A DNA stretch of 64,000 nt. Origin: Candidatus Fermentibacteraceae bacterium (GTDB taxonomy: Bacteria > Fermentibacterota > Fermentibacteria > Fermentibacterales > JCC-6). The notes under the pieces were generated by a model. It saw only the letters and a program-made list of their open reading frames with translations. It had not been told where the DNA came from and did not search any database. The translations under genes and the position numbers were made by a program. The stretch lies in contig JBGSZS010000008.1 of NCBI GenBank assembly GCA_041750285.1, positions 1 to 64,000 of the forward strand, in the 5' to 3' direction. This document shows positions 27,563 to 37,685 of this stretch, piece by piece; positions within the stretch are counted from its first letter, which is position 1; each line of letters opens with the position of its first letter.

Positions 27563-28068
27563 CGCCGGGCCTCCAGTATCATTTCCGCCACTTCCCTGAC
27601 CGCGCCCGAACCCCCCGGAGCCGAGGCCACAAGGGAGCATACCCTCAGGACTTCGGGGGCGGCGTTGGAGGGGCATGCGGCAACTCCCGCCATTTCGAGG
27701 GCTGGAATGTCGCCCGCGTCGTCTCCCATGAAAAGTGTTTCGTCCGGTGAGATCCCGAGGAACTCGCAGAGGGTGTTGACCGCATCGGCCTTACGTGTGC
27801 ATCCGAGAGCAAGGTTGCGGATCCCGAGATCGGAAGCCCTGCGTCTCGTTGCCGGAAAGTCCCGCAGAGACACGAGAGCGACCTCGTATCCCGCACGAAG
27901 CAGTTTCATTATCCCCTCGCCGTCACGGGCCGAAAAGGACTGGCTTACACCGTCAGGGCCGTACAGAAGCCTACCGTCGGTAAGCGTTCCATCCACATCG
28001 AGGCACACGAGACGGATCCTTGACAACAAGACTGTTTCCCTCCCGGATAATCGTTGATGCAGGAACAA
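27559..28068 (-). CDS. kdsC: KDO-8-phosphate phosphatase (HAD)
   Basis: LDVDGTLTDG, MGDD and GGSGAVRE motifs; start may be about 28029. Confidence 0.92.
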   Translation of the reverse strand: MFLHQRLSGRETVLLSRIRLVCLDVDGTLTDGRLLYGPDGVSQSFSARDGEGIMKLLRAGYEVALVSLRDFPATRRRASDLGIRNLALGCTRKADAVNTLCEFLGISPDETLFMGDDAGDIPALEMAGVAACPSNAAPEVLRVCSLVASAPGGSGAVREVAEMILEARR

Positions 28069-28098
28069 TAAGCAAAACAGAAGGATACCGGTGCGGCC

Positions 28099-29229
28099 CT
28101 ACGGTCTCAGAAGGCTTTTCCAGTAGACCCTTGACCGCCTGTGCATCCTCTTGTCGTAGAACTTCCACTGGGCCTGGATGAGCGTGTTGGTTTCCAGTTC
28201 GCGGTTGCTCTCTGCGTGGGTCATGCCCCTGGCCAGGGCTGACTTGCCCATCTCGAAGCTCATGAGCAGGTCGATCCCCTTGCCCTGGTACTCGGGATGG
28301 ACTCCCGCAAGGTAGAAATCGAGCACCCTGCTTTTCTTCATGGCCCTGAGGATGTGTATGAACCCGAAAGGGAAGAGCTTTCCCCTGGCTTTTCTGAACG
28401 CTTCGGTCAGGCCGGGCATGGCAATGATGAAGCCAACGACCTTTTCACCGTCAACGGCGATCTTCACGAACTCGGGTTCGACATGCCCCAGATAGCTCTC
28501 GATGTAGAAGTTGATCTCGTCCTGGGAAAGCAGGGTGGTCCCGTAAAGATTCTTGTACGACTCGTTGAGAACTGCGAACACCTGGGGTGCCCACCTTTTC
28601 GCGAGGCGTTTCCTGTTGCTCTCGGAGAACACCCTCACGCTTGTGCGCCGCTGGACAAGCTCGGCCATGCGCTGAACCTTCTCGGGGATCCGGTCGGGTA
28701 CCGTGATCCGATACTCGAGGTAGTCGACATCCTTGACATATCCCCTGGATTCGATGAAGTCTGCGTACCAGGGAGGCGACCAGCTCCCCACGATGGTGGG
28801 CTCCTCGTCGTGGCCCTCGATGAGAAAGCCCGTGGCGTCGTTGTCGGAAAAACCCATGGGTCCGACGACCCTTGTCATCCCCTGTTCCGAAAGCCAACGT
28901 TCCACACGGTCGAGCAGGGCTTCGGCCGCATCGGGCGCATCGGCCTCGAACCAGCCGAACCTGCCCGTGCTGGTGTTGTTCTTCATGTTGTATTCACGGG
29001 AGATGACCCCGGCCACCCTGCCGCATGGAACGCCGTTCCTCCGTGCAACGAAAAAACGGCTTTCGCAATGGTCGAACGCCGGGTTCTTCCCGGGGTTGAA
29101 GAAGACCTTCTCCGCAGCCACAAGCTGGGGTACCCAGCGGGAATCCCGGCCGTAGATCCTGAACGGGACCGATATGAAACCGTTCATGCCCCTCTCGGGT
29201 CGGATCTCCTCAATGCTAACACCCATCAC
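28099..29229 (-). CDS. Second YghO/bCerS-like GNAT N-acyltransferase
   Basis: NPAFDH, GRVAG, GRFGWFE, GPMGFSD, PPWY, YQGKG and ELETN motifs; homologous to 7095-8219. Confidence 0.75.
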   Translation of the reverse strand: MMGVSIEEIRPERGMNGFISVPFRIYGRDSRWVPQLVAAEKVFFNPGKNPAFDHCESRFFVARRNGVPCGRVAGVISREYNMKNNTSTGRFGWFEADAPDAAEALLDRVERWLSEQGMTRVVGPMGFSDNDATGFLIEGHDEEPTIVGSWSPPWYADFIESRGYVKDVDYLEYRITVPDRIPEKVQRMAELVQRRTSVRVFSESNRKRLAKRWAPQVFAVLNESYKNLYGTTLLSQDEINFYIESYLGHVEPEFVKIAVDGEKVVGFIIAMPGLTEAFRKARGKLFPFGFIHILRAMKKSRVLDFYLAGVHPEYQGKGIDLLMSFEMGKSALARGMTHAESNRELETNTLIQAQWKFYDKRMHRRSRVYWKSLLRP

Positions 29230-30010
29230 CGGTCTCCGTTCCCCTCCAGTGTCTCAGTGCTTCCGTCACCAGTCTCCCGGCCCCTGCAAAGTCAAGCTGA
29301 ACCGAAGCGTCGCTCATGGCTGACGCGGGGTCGGGATGAACCTCAAGGAACAAGCCGTCCACTCCCCATGCCGCCGCAGCCCTTGCCATGCTGAGGGCAA
29401 AGCTCCGGTCGCCGCCGCTTTCGCCGCCCAGGGCTCCGGGCTTCTGAAGCGAGTGGGTGACGTCAAGGATCACCCCGTCGCAAAGACCCGCCATCACCGA
29501 GAGTGATCTCATGTCTACCACGAGGTCGCCGTACCCGAAAAAGGTTCCCCTTTCGGTCAGCCATACGGCCGGGCACCCGCGGCCCTTAAGCTTTGCAACT
29601 GCGCCGGACATGTTTCCGGGCGCCATGAACTGCCCCTTCTTCACGTTCACGGGACGACCGGTGGCTCCGGCTGCCTCGAGAAGGCTTGTCTGCCTGCACA
29701 GGAACGCTGGAATCTGAAGAATATCCGCAACCTCCGCAACAGGCGCAGCCTGGGAGGGAACATGGATGTCGGTCAGGATGGGCAGGCCTGTTTCGGCCCT
29801 TACTTTCTCCAGGATGCCAAGACCGCGCTCGAGACCCGGACCGGACCAGCCCTGGCTTGACGTCCTGTTGTCCTTCAGGAACGAGCCCTTGAAAATGAAG
29901 CGTGCCTTGTGTTTCTCTGCAAGGGAACGGATGAAGCTCGCCGTCCCGAGGGCGGTCTCGATGCTCTCGAGGCCGCAGGGACCCATTATAAGAACGGGTT
30001 CAGCACCCAT
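29216..30010 (-). CDS. kdsA: 3-deoxy-8-phosphooctulonate synthase
   Basis: GPC, KDNRTS, QIPAFLCRQT, NVKKGQF, ERG and EVHPDP motifs. Confidence 0.95.
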   Translation of the reverse strand: MGAEPVLIMGPCGLESIETALGTASFIRSLAEKHKARFIFKGSFLKDNRTSSQGWSGPGLERGLGILEKVRAETGLPILTDIHVPSQAAPVAEVADILQIPAFLCRQTSLLEAAGATGRPVNVKKGQFMAPGNMSGAVAKLKGRGCPAVWLTERGTFFGYGDLVVDMRSLSVMAGLCDGVILDVTHSLQKPGALGGESGGDRSFALSMARAAAAWGVDGLFLEVHPDPASAMSDASVQLDFAGAGRLVTEALRHWRGTETGDGC

Positions 30011-30716
30011 CGAATCGCCTCCTTGCCCTCTCGAGGTCAGCGGGTGTGTCCACCCCCATTGCATCCCATTTGCCGGTCAGGACCGTTATCGGTACTCCAC
30101 TCTCGATCCAGGCCAGTTGCTCGAGCCGCTCACGCCGGGACAGGGCTGTTTCCCCCGCCCTCATGCAGGCCTCGATGCTTTCGGGCGTAAAGCAGTAGAC
30201 CCCGGCGTGTTTGAGATGCGCGCCCCCGCCCCATGGAACGGGAGAACGGCTGAAATAGATCGCTCTGCCCCCCTCTCCGACTACCACCTTCACAGTTGCA
30301 GGGTCCATGGCTTCGTGGGCGTCGATCGGTGATGCCAAAGTGGTGACACCCTCCTCGAGGGCATCGGCAAGCTCACGCACCCACTTCATGGAGGCGAAGG
30401 GCTCATCTCCCTGCAGGTTGACGATCCTGCCCGCCGGGGAGCCCATGGCGCGCCAGGCAAGGTATACCCTGTGGGTTCCCGAATAGGCTTCACCCGTCAT
30501 GACGGCACGGTAGCCGCCCTTTTCTACAACGGCGGCTATTTCGGGGCTGTCGGTCGCAACGGCAATTTCAGTGTCCGAAGATGGGTCCAGATTGTCGAGA
30601 ACCCTCATTATAAGCGGCTTGCCGCACACATCGGCCAGGGGTTTTCCCGGCAGACGGGACGAACCCATCCGGGCCGGCACAATAACCGTTACTCCAGCCA
30701 GTTTTCCGAGGCCCAT
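30000..30716 (-). CDS. kdsB: CMP-KDO synthetase
   Basis: PARMGSSRLPGKPL, NLQGDEP, YFSR, ERLEQL and GVDT motifs. Confidence 0.95.
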   Translation of the reverse strand: MGLGKLAGVTVIVPARMGSSRLPGKPLADVCGKPLIMRVLDNLDPSSDTEIAVATDSPEIAAVVEKGGYRAVMTGEAYSGTHRVYLAWRAMGSPAGRIVNLQGDEPFASMKWVRELADALEEGVTTLASPIDAHEAMDPATVKVVVGEGGRAIYFSRSPVPWGGGAHLKHAGVYCFTPESIEACMRAGETALSRRERLEQLAWIESGVPITVLTGKWDAMGVDTPADLERARRRFDGC

Positions 30717-31771
30717 AGAGTGGCGTAGACCGTTGTTTCCGACATGCCGTCGCCCCACGTCTCATAGCCCGCACCCACGTCGACGGATGCGCGTCCGGAA
30801 CCGAAGGAGTAGCCGAACCCTGTAGTGTACCGTGTGGCGCCATCCCTCCAGAGTCCGTCGGTCAGGGAAAATCCGCCCCTGAGCCTGAGGTTTCCCGAGG
30901 CAGCGTACTCGATGCCGCCGGAATAGATGCTGCCCGGCTCCACAGATGCCTGCAGAAGGTTCAGCCTTTTGCGGGAATGGAAGTCGGCCGCGACAAGCAG
31001 CCTTCTGTGGGGTCTCATGGAAATGCCGGCCGTGAAGTCGCCGGGGATCGTGTACTGCAGCGTGGTGTCTTCGCTGAGGTTTCCCATGCCGTCACGGTGA
31101 ATGTCGAGCGTGCCCCTGCGGTCAGTGGTCACTGACATGCCCGCATTGAAGACGCCCGTTCTCCAGAAGGCTCCGAACAGAAGGCCTGACGATGGCTTGA
31201 AGACAGCTTCGTCCAAGTATTGGGATGAGAGGGGAATGAAGGGGCCGGCAAGGGAATCCGGGAATGTCACGATCTCGCCCGATATGCTGCCGAAAGTGCT
31301 GCGGCTGCCCAGTGAGAAGGAAAGCGAGTTTCCGGCCCTTGTGGTCAGGCCGAACCAGCCTTCGGTGAGGCCGCCCTCCCAGGAGGCGGTTCCGGTTCCG
31401 CCGTCGTACGTGAAGTCGCCCCCCGAGGAGAGCCTGCTTCTCGAGGACAGGCAGCCCGACAGCGTAATGCCCCACGGGACGGGAAAGACCAGCGACACGT
31501 GCGGAAAGCCGAGTTTGCCAGTCCAGTTGGTGTCATCGCCGCTCACTCCGGAAAGACCCCAGGTTAGTCCGGTGGCGGGTGCCCAGCCTGAAGCTGCGGG
31601 GTTGTAGACCGAAACGGTGTTTGAATCAGGTACTCCCGCGGTGGCTCCACCCATTGCGAACGCCCGGGCGCCAAGGGACCTGGTTTCGACACCGACGCCG
31701 CCCACCGGCGGCTGGTAAGGCGGATCGAACCCTGCCGCCAGGATCAGGGCTGAGGCAAGTAATATCTGCAT
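30689..31771 (-). CDS. Outer-membrane beta-barrel protein (FadL/PorV-like)
   Basis: Signal peptide; GARAFAMGGA...YNPAA plug motif; amphipathic strands. Confidence 0.7.
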   Translation of the reverse strand: MQILLASALILAAGFDPPYQPPVGGVGVETRSLGARAFAMGGATAGVPDSNTVSVYNPAASGWAPATGLTWGLSGVSGDDTNWTGKLGFPHVSLVFPVPWGITLSGCLSSRSRLSSGGDFTYDGGTGTASWEGGLTEGWFGLTTRAGNSLSFSLGSRSTFGSISGEIVTFPDSLAGPFIPLSSQYLDEAVFKPSSGLLFGAFWRTGVFNAGMSVTTDRRGTLDIHRDGMGNLSEDTTLQYTIPGDFTAGISMRPHRRLLVAADFHSRKRLNLLQASVEPGSIYSGGIEYAASGNLRLRGGFSLTDGLWRDGATRYTTGFGYSFGSGRASVDVGAGYETWGDGMSETTVYATLWASENWLE

Positions 31772-31814
31772 GACCCTCCGATGGCTGAATCGATGGAATA
31801 CTTTGGAATATAGC

Positions 31815-33212
31815 TCAGAGTTCCAGCGAATCCCCAACCGCCGGGATCGTAACCTTTCTTCCCGGTACGGATTCGGCCCTTATCCTTTCGGCAAGGCTTT
31901 CCGACTGTGATTTCTCTCCGTGGACCAGTGCGATCGCGTCGGCGTGCGCAGCGGCAGTCCCCGCAAAATGCATGAGCTGCCCTGAATCCGCATGGGCGCT
32001 CATCCCGTGGATTTCCTCGACCCTGGCCCTGAGCTTGTGGGGCTCGCCGAAGATGTTCACCGTATCCAGCCGTTCGGCGATCTTCCTGCCCAGGGTTTCG
32101 GCCGCCATGAAGCCCACTATGAGCACCGTGTTCCTGGGGTCTGAGATGGTGTTCTTCAGATGATGCCGGATCCGGCCGTTCTCGCACATGCCGGAGGCCG
32201 AAATGATTATCATGCTTTCCTTGGAGCCGTTCAGGGCCTTGGACTCCTGAACTCCCTGTATGAACTTGAGCTTCTCGAAAGTGAAGGGACTGCTTCCGGA
32301 CTGGATGAGGGATAGGGCCTCTTCGTCGAAACACTCCGGATGGAGCTTGTAAACACCTGTGGCATCGAAGGAAAGGGGCGAGTCCACATATACCCGAATG
32401 TTGGGAAGATCTCCCGCCACATCGAGTTGTCTGAGGAAGTAAAGGACTTCCTGCGTGCGGCCCACACTGAACGCGGGAATGACGACCTTGCCCCCCGCCC
32501 TGACTGTCTCCCGGATGACCCGTTCGAGCCTCTCAAGGCTTTCCTGGACCGGCTCGTGATCCCTTCCCCCGTAAGTGCTTTCCATTACGAGAACATCCGG
32601 TCTGGCGGACAGGTCCGGATCCTTGAGTATGGGGCGTCCCGGGCGGCCTATGTCGCCGCTGTAGAGCAGCACCCTCTCCCGATCACCCTCACGCAGGGTG
32701 AGCTCGACCTGGGCCGAACCAAGAATGTGCCCGGCCTCGAGCATCCTGAGGGTTATCCCGGGAAAGAGCTGCAACGACATGCCGTAGGGAACGGAGACGA
32801 ATCTCTCCAGGGTTGCCATGACCTCTTCAAGACCGTAGACGGGCGTTATCGGCGCCTGCCCCCTTGCTTTCCGGGCCTTGTTCATGTACTCGGCATCGGC
32901 GATCTGTATGTGGGCCGAATCGGGGAGCATTATCGAGGCCAGGTCGCGGGTGGCGGAGGTTGAGTAGACAGGCCCCTTGAAACCGGCGCCGACAAGCCCG
33001 GGCAGCTTGCCCGAGTGATCGATGTGCGCGTGGGAGAGCACCACCGCGTCAACCGATTCCGGTGGAACCGGATGGGTCCTGTTGAGCCTTTCGCTCTCCT
33101 CGCGCCTTCCCTGGCTGAAGCCGCAGTCAAGCATGATCCTTTTGCCTGCGGCCTCGACAAGGTGGCATGATCCCGTCACGCAGCCGGCCCCGCCCAGAAA
33201 TGTGATCTTCAC
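31815..33212 (-). CDS. MBL-fold/beta-CASP metallo-hydrolase (RNA-processing type)
   Basis: HAHIDHSG, AGHILGS, SGDIG, MESTYG, SASGM, SAHAD and VHGE motifs. Confidence 0.93.
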   Translation of the reverse strand: MKITFLGGAGCVTGSCHLVEAAGKRIMLDCGFSQGRREESERLNRTHPVPPESVDAVVLSHAHIDHSGKLPGLVGAGFKGPVYSTSATRDLASIMLPDSAHIQIADAEYMNKARKARGQAPITPVYGLEEVMATLERFVSVPYGMSLQLFPGITLRMLEAGHILGSAQVELTLREGDRERVLLYSGDIGRPGRPILKDPDLSARPDVLVMESTYGGRDHEPVQESLERLERVIRETVRAGGKVVIPAFSVGRTQEVLYFLRQLDVAGDLPNIRVYVDSPLSFDATGVYKLHPECFDEEALSLIQSGSSPFTFEKLKFIQGVQESKALNGSKESMIIISASGMCENGRIRHHLKNTISDPRNTVLIVGFMAAETLGRKIAERLDTVNIFGEPHKLRARVEEIHGMSAHADSGQLMHFAGTAAAHADAIALVHGEKSQSESLAERIRAESVPGRKVTIPAVGDSLEL

Positions 33213-33389
33213 CCGTCACTCCTCTGCTGGTGTTTCAGGGTCAAGTATGAAGGCTCGGGACGGGACCGGGCAATAGTGGCGGACCGACTGGAACCGGCAT
33301 GGACACGCCGGGATATTCCTTATAGGATAAGAGCGTGTGTGGCAGCGCTATTCGTGGCACTTTTTTAACAGCAGAGGAGGCTTACAAAA

Positions 33390-35117
33390 GTGAAATTCGC
33401 GATTCTCCTTCTTACACTGGCGGTTTCCATCTCACTCGGAGACACGATTGTTTCCAGGATAGGCTCCGCCCTCGAGACCGATGCCCTCACCCCCGACGAA
33501 GCGGTTTTCATGCTGTACAACAGCGTGTACGATTCGTCGAAGGTCCCCGCCCAGTTCCGGGAAGGCACCGTGCCCGAACCCTGCGGCACCCCCGCATTCG
33601 ATATGATCGTCTCCCTCTACGACCACTGCTCCGCACCTGTGAGGGATGAACTGGATGTTCTTCTTGCCAGGCCCTACCCAGGCGACCCCTACTACACAAC
33701 CATCTCCCCTGACGACCTCTTCAAGATCCACTGGACCACCGCAGGCGTGAACGCCACGAACGAAGCCTATGTCAACATCCTGGCCGAGGCTTTCGACACC
33801 TCCTGGGACACTCTCTGCAACACGCTCGGTTTCTGGACCCCACCCGTGGACATGGGCCTCGGCGGCTGTGACCGGTACGATGTCTACATCATGAGCCTCG
33901 AGGGCGGCACGCTCGGGTACTGCAGCACCGGCGGCGAGGTACCCAATCCCGTCACCCCCAACAACGACTGGTCAAGCCACATCGCCATGAGCAACAACGA
34001 AAGCTACGGCCACAACCAGATGATCGAAACCTCGGCGCACGAATTCCTGCACGCGGTCGAGAATGCCTATGACACAGCCGAACCGTCCTGGTTCAAGGAG
34101 AACTGCTCGGTCTGGGCCCAGAACGTCGTCTTCGAAACCAACCTCTACACCGACTACCTCAAGAGCGGCGAGAACTGCCTGCGCCGCCCGTGGTACGATA
34201 TCCGGACCGGCGCCATGTACCACTACGGAGCCTCCCCGTGGCCCATGTACATGCAGTACCGCACCGGCGGCAGCGTCGAGGCCGTCCAGAGGGTCTGGGA
34301 AAACGCGGCCGACTACTACGGCGCCAACCTCATGGAAGCCATCGAACAGACCGCCGCCGAGTACGGCTTCACCTTCAACCAGTGGCTGGCGGAGTACACG
34401 TGCTGGCGCTGGTTCACGGGCTCGAGCAGGGCCGACGACGAGCACTACCCCTACGAGGAAAGCTCGCTCTGGGGTCCGGGCGCCTATGTGTTCAGCTTCC
34501 ACAACGTCACCTCGCTCCCGGCTTCCCTCGACAACGGCGTCTATCCCCCCGAGACCTACGGAAACCACTGGATCCAGATCAACGTTCAGCCCTACCAGGG
34601 CTGGATTCAGGTCGATTTCGACGGGCGCGACAACTTCGACTGGATCCTCGGCGTGATCAGGACGAAGGAAGACGGAACGGATGACTTCTACTGGACCCTC
34701 GTCGAGAACTCGCAGGCCACCTACGAATGGGGCGTGGAGACCACGGGCTGGGACAAGGTGATAGTGTTCCCCCAGCCTGTAAGCAATACCACGCTCGATC
34801 TCCTCTACGAGATGGACATCACCTACTCCACCGGCGTCGAAGAGGGTACGCAGGCATCCGCATACCTGCTTGAGGCATCGGGCAACCCCTTCATCGGCTC
34901 GGGCTTCCTCAGGGTCACGATGCCGGCCGCCGGTCCTGTCACCATCAACGTCTACAACGCCGCGGGGCGCATGGTCCAGACCATCTCCGCGGGTGAGCTT
35001 CCCGAAGGCCAGAGCAGTGTGAACTGGAACGCCTCGGAGCTCGAAAACGGGACTTACTTCGTCAGGCTCACCGGTCCCTCGGGCGGTGTCACCGCCAGGG
35101 TCACGGTTCTGAACTGA
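33390..35117 (+). CDS. Secreted HEXXH zinc metalloprotease (MXAN_6640-like) with FlgD/T9SS-type tail
   Basis: Signal peptide; EPCGTP; AHEFLH...WFKE; C-terminal YNAAGR...GTYFVRL. Confidence 0.8.
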   Translation: MKFAILLLTLAVSISLGDTIVSRIGSALETDALTPDEAVFMLYNSVYDSSKVPAQFREGTVPEPCGTPAFDMIVSLYDHCSAPVRDELDVLLARPYPGDPYYTTISPDDLFKIHWTTAGVNATNEAYVNILAEAFDTSWDTLCNTLGFWTPPVDMGLGGCDRYDVYIMSLEGGTLGYCSTGGEVPNPVTPNNDWSSHIAMSNNESYGHNQMIETSAHEFLHAVENAYDTAEPSWFKENCSVWAQNVVFETNLYTDYLKSGENCLRRPWYDIRTGAMYHYGASPWPMYMQYRTGGSVEAVQRVWENAADYYGANLMEAIEQTAAEYGFTFNQWLAEYTCWRWFTGSSRADDEHYPYEESSLWGPGAYVFSFHNVTSLPASLDNGVYPPETYGNHWIQINVQPYQGWIQVDFDGRDNFDWILGVIRTKEDGTDDFYWTLVENSQATYEWGVETTGWDKVIVFPQPVSNTTLDLLYEMDITYSTGVEEGTQASAYLLEASGNPFIGSGFLRVTMPAAGPVTINVYNAAGRMVQTISAGELPEGQSSVNWNASELENGTYFVRLTGPSGGVTARVTVLN

Positions 35118-35128
35118 CACACCGGAAA

Positions 35129-35149
35129 GGGGGGGCCATTCGCCCCCCC
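35129..35149 (+). terminator. Intergenic GC hairpin between the protease paralogs
   Basis: GGGGGGGC-CATTC-GCCCCCCC; no U-tract. Confidence 0.35.
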
Positions 35150-35167
35150 CACCCGAAGGGAGCACAG

Positions 35168-36886
35168 TTGAGATACACCCTTGTGATCCTTCTGGCCGTA
35201 TCTGTCATGGCAACGGCAGACACGACGCTTGACCGGATCATGAACGCAGCTTCAGCGGGCGACATCACCCGGGAAGAGGCAGCCCTTTACATGGTGATGA
35301 GCGTCCGTGATCACAACCTTCTGCCTTCCGCCTTCACTAAAGGTGCGATCGCAGAACCCTGCGGGACACCGGCCCTGCTTGAAGCCGGAAGGCTCCTCGA
35401 CCAGATGTCTTCGCCCCTTGGCGACGGGTCGGGCTACAGACTCGCAAGACCCCAGCTCAGCGGACCCGAGATCACCTTCATCACACCGTCCGACCACTTC
35501 CGCATCCACTACACGAACCAGGGCGGAGACGCGGTATCCGAGGCCTACGCCATCTCTATAGGCCAGGCCGCTGACTACTCGTGGCAGGTCCAGTGCGACG
35601 AGATGGACTATTTCTGTCCACCGCCCGACGCGGGCATGGGCGGGTGCAACCGCTACGACATATACATCATGGTGATCGACGCCCTGGGTTACACATCTTC
35701 GGGCGGCGAGTTCAAACCGCCCGATTCCACCCACAACGCATCGGCGAGCCACATCGTCATAAACACGAATCTCGGCCCGAATCTGGTCAAGGCAACGGTG
35801 GCCCACGAGTTCCAGCACGCGGTCCAGATGACCTACGACTACACCGAGCCCACATGGTTCATGGAGAACTGCGCCGTATTCATGGAAGAAATGGTCTACC
35901 CCGAAGTCGATGACTACATGGGTTACCTTGGCGGGGGCGACACACCCATCCGCAAGCCCTGGTACGACATAAGGTCGGGGGGCGGCTCGAATCTCTACTG
36001 GTACGGCGGCGTCACATGGGCCTTCTACATCTGGCAGCGCCAGGAGGTCGAAGCCGTCAGAACGGTATGGGATAACTGCGCCGATTTCCGGGGTCCCAAC
36101 ATGATGGAATCCATCGAGGACATGTTCGAATCATACGGCATGGACTTCGAGCAGGGCTTCATGGAGTACGGCTACTGGCGCTGGTTCGTGGCCAACAACT
36201 GGTACGACGGCGGCATGTACTTCGCAGAAGCCGCGGATTGGGGCGGAAACCCCTACGTCTTCAGCTTCCACAACTTCAACACCCTTCCTGCCTCGGGGGA
36301 CAATGGCGTTTACCCCCCTGAACCCTATGGCATTCACTGGATCAGGGTCAACCTCGAGGACTACCAGAACGGCTGGGTCAATTTCAGCTTCAACGGCAGG
36401 GACAACTTCGACTGGAATCTCGGCGTAATCCTCTGGGACACCGCCGGCGCTTCTCAGTGCACCTGGTACGACACCACGTACCCCGCCGGCACCGCATCGG
36501 TATCTGTCGAGGCCGCGGGCTGGGACTACGCAATCTTCTACCCGGCAATGCTTTCAGTATCCACGCTCGACATGACGTACACATTCGACATCACCTACTC
36601 CCAGGGAATCGAGGGCGGAAGCGTCGCACCCGGGCAGTCACTCTCGGTTCAGACCAACCCCCTTGTCCCCGGTGGCACCGTATCGTTCACCATGGCTGAA
36701 CCGGGCAACGCCCGTCTCGCTCTCTACGACCTCTCGGGCAGGGTGGTCGGCACACTCGCGGACGGTCCGGTTCAGGCCGGAACTCATTCGGTGGGCATAA
36801 GCGATGACCTGGCCACGGGAACCTACTTCCTCATGCTTAACCATCCAGGTGGCCTCGAAACCATGAAGGTTGTCGTCACCCGGTAG
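35168..36886 (+). CDS. Secreted HEXXH zinc metalloprotease, tandem paralog of the preceding gene
   Basis: EPCGTP; AHEFQH...WFME; shared GRDNFDWxLGVI; C-terminal YDLSGR...GTYFL. Confidence 0.8.
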   Translation: MRYTLVILLAVSVMATADTTLDRIMNAASAGDITREEAALYMVMSVRDHNLLPSAFTKGAIAEPCGTPALLEAGRLLDQMSSPLGDGSGYRLARPQLSGPEITFITPSDHFRIHYTNQGGDAVSEAYAISIGQAADYSWQVQCDEMDYFCPPPDAGMGGCNRYDIYIMVIDALGYTSSGGEFKPPDSTHNASASHIVINTNLGPNLVKATVAHEFQHAVQMTYDYTEPTWFMENCAVFMEEMVYPEVDDYMGYLGGGDTPIRKPWYDIRSGGGSNLYWYGGVTWAFYIWQRQEVEAVRTVWDNCADFRGPNMMESIEDMFESYGMDFEQGFMEYGYWRWFVANNWYDGGMYFAEAADWGGNPYVFSFHNFNTLPASGDNGVYPPEPYGIHWIRVNLEDYQNGWVNFSFNGRDNFDWNLGVILWDTAGASQCTWYDTTYPAGTASVSVEAAGWDYAIFYPAMLSVSTLDMTYTFDITYSQGIEGGSVAPGQSLSVQTNPLVPGGTVSFTMAEPGNARLALYDLSGRVVGTLADGPVQAGTHSVGISDDLATGTYFLMLNHPGGLETMKVVVTR

Positions 36887-36897
36887 GCTCCGCACTC

Positions 36898-36927
36898 AGG
36901 GAATGCGCCCATCCGGGCGCATTCCCT
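36898..36927 (+). terminator. Perfect 13-bp hairpin after the protease pair
   Basis: AGGGAATGCGCCC-ATCC-GGGCGCATTCCCT. Confidence 0.55.
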
Positions 36928-36938
36928 ATATTCCGCGC

Positions 36939-37685
36939 ATGAAAAGCACCCGTCTGTTGTCTTGCCTGCTTTTGCCGGCTTCCTGCGCCGGACCGGGCGT
37001 GAACACCGAAATGACGGTTTTCGACCCCGCACAAAAGACAATGGTCATACTTCATGTCATCGATCCCGGAAGTATGCCCGAAATTCCTGACGGCCTCGCC
37101 TGGAGCCGTTTCTCCCGAACGGACAGGTATCCCGACGACACCATTGAGAGCCTGCTGTCAACCGCAGATTCATGCGGGAAACTGATGATGCTTCTGGAGT
37201 ACGAACCCGGGACCGAACTGCCGGATCCTGCCCGTCAGCACATGTTCATAACCCTCGACGACCTGCACCGGCCAGTGGCAGTCTTTCCCGAAGGCCTTGC
37301 CCTCGATCTTCATGAAACATCGATCACGCCGGGACCTGAAGGGCACGGAACCGTTCTGCTTCTGCTTGAGAAGTACAGACCCGACCTCCTTTTCATATCA
37401 ATCAACGACCCCGGGCCGGACAGTCTATCAGCCCTGCTCGCCTTCTGGAGCGAGAGCGCAACCAACCGTGACTTCAGGTTCGTCATCCTCTCCTCCCCCA
37501 CACCGGAATCAAGGGGATGGTGCGCCATGAACTGGAGAGGCATTCAGGGCGGATTCGTTCCCGGTCTTTCATTCGAGGGGTTCGAAAAAACCCTGGCCAT
37601 ACTTGCCGGGCTTCCATGGGACCAATCGGTGTTCTCCGGAGTTCCGGCGGCAACAGTCCTCAGCACCCGGGAGCAGAACCAATGA
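36939..37685 (+). CDS. Hypothetical lipoprotein
   Basis: MKSTRLLSCLLLPASC lipobox-like start; ATGA overlap with the next gene. Confidence 0.6.
   Translation: MKSTRLLSCLLLPASCAGPGVNTEMTVFDPAQKTMVILHVIDPGSMPEIPDGLAWSRFSRTDRYPDDTIESLLSTADSCGKLMMLLEYEPGTELPDPARQHMFITLDDLHRPVAVFPEGLALDLHETSITPGPEGHGTVLLLLEKYRPDLLFISINDPGPDSLSALLAFWSESATNRDFRFVILSSPTPESRGWCAMNWRGIQGGFVPGLSFEGFEKTLAILAGLPWDQSVFSGVPAATVLSTREQNQ

Noticed and set aside
33335..33372. TGGCAC upstream of the metalloprotease pair as a sigma-54 promoter
   Set aside because: Lacks the GC dinucleotide at the -12 position (reads TGGCACTTTTTTAAC).
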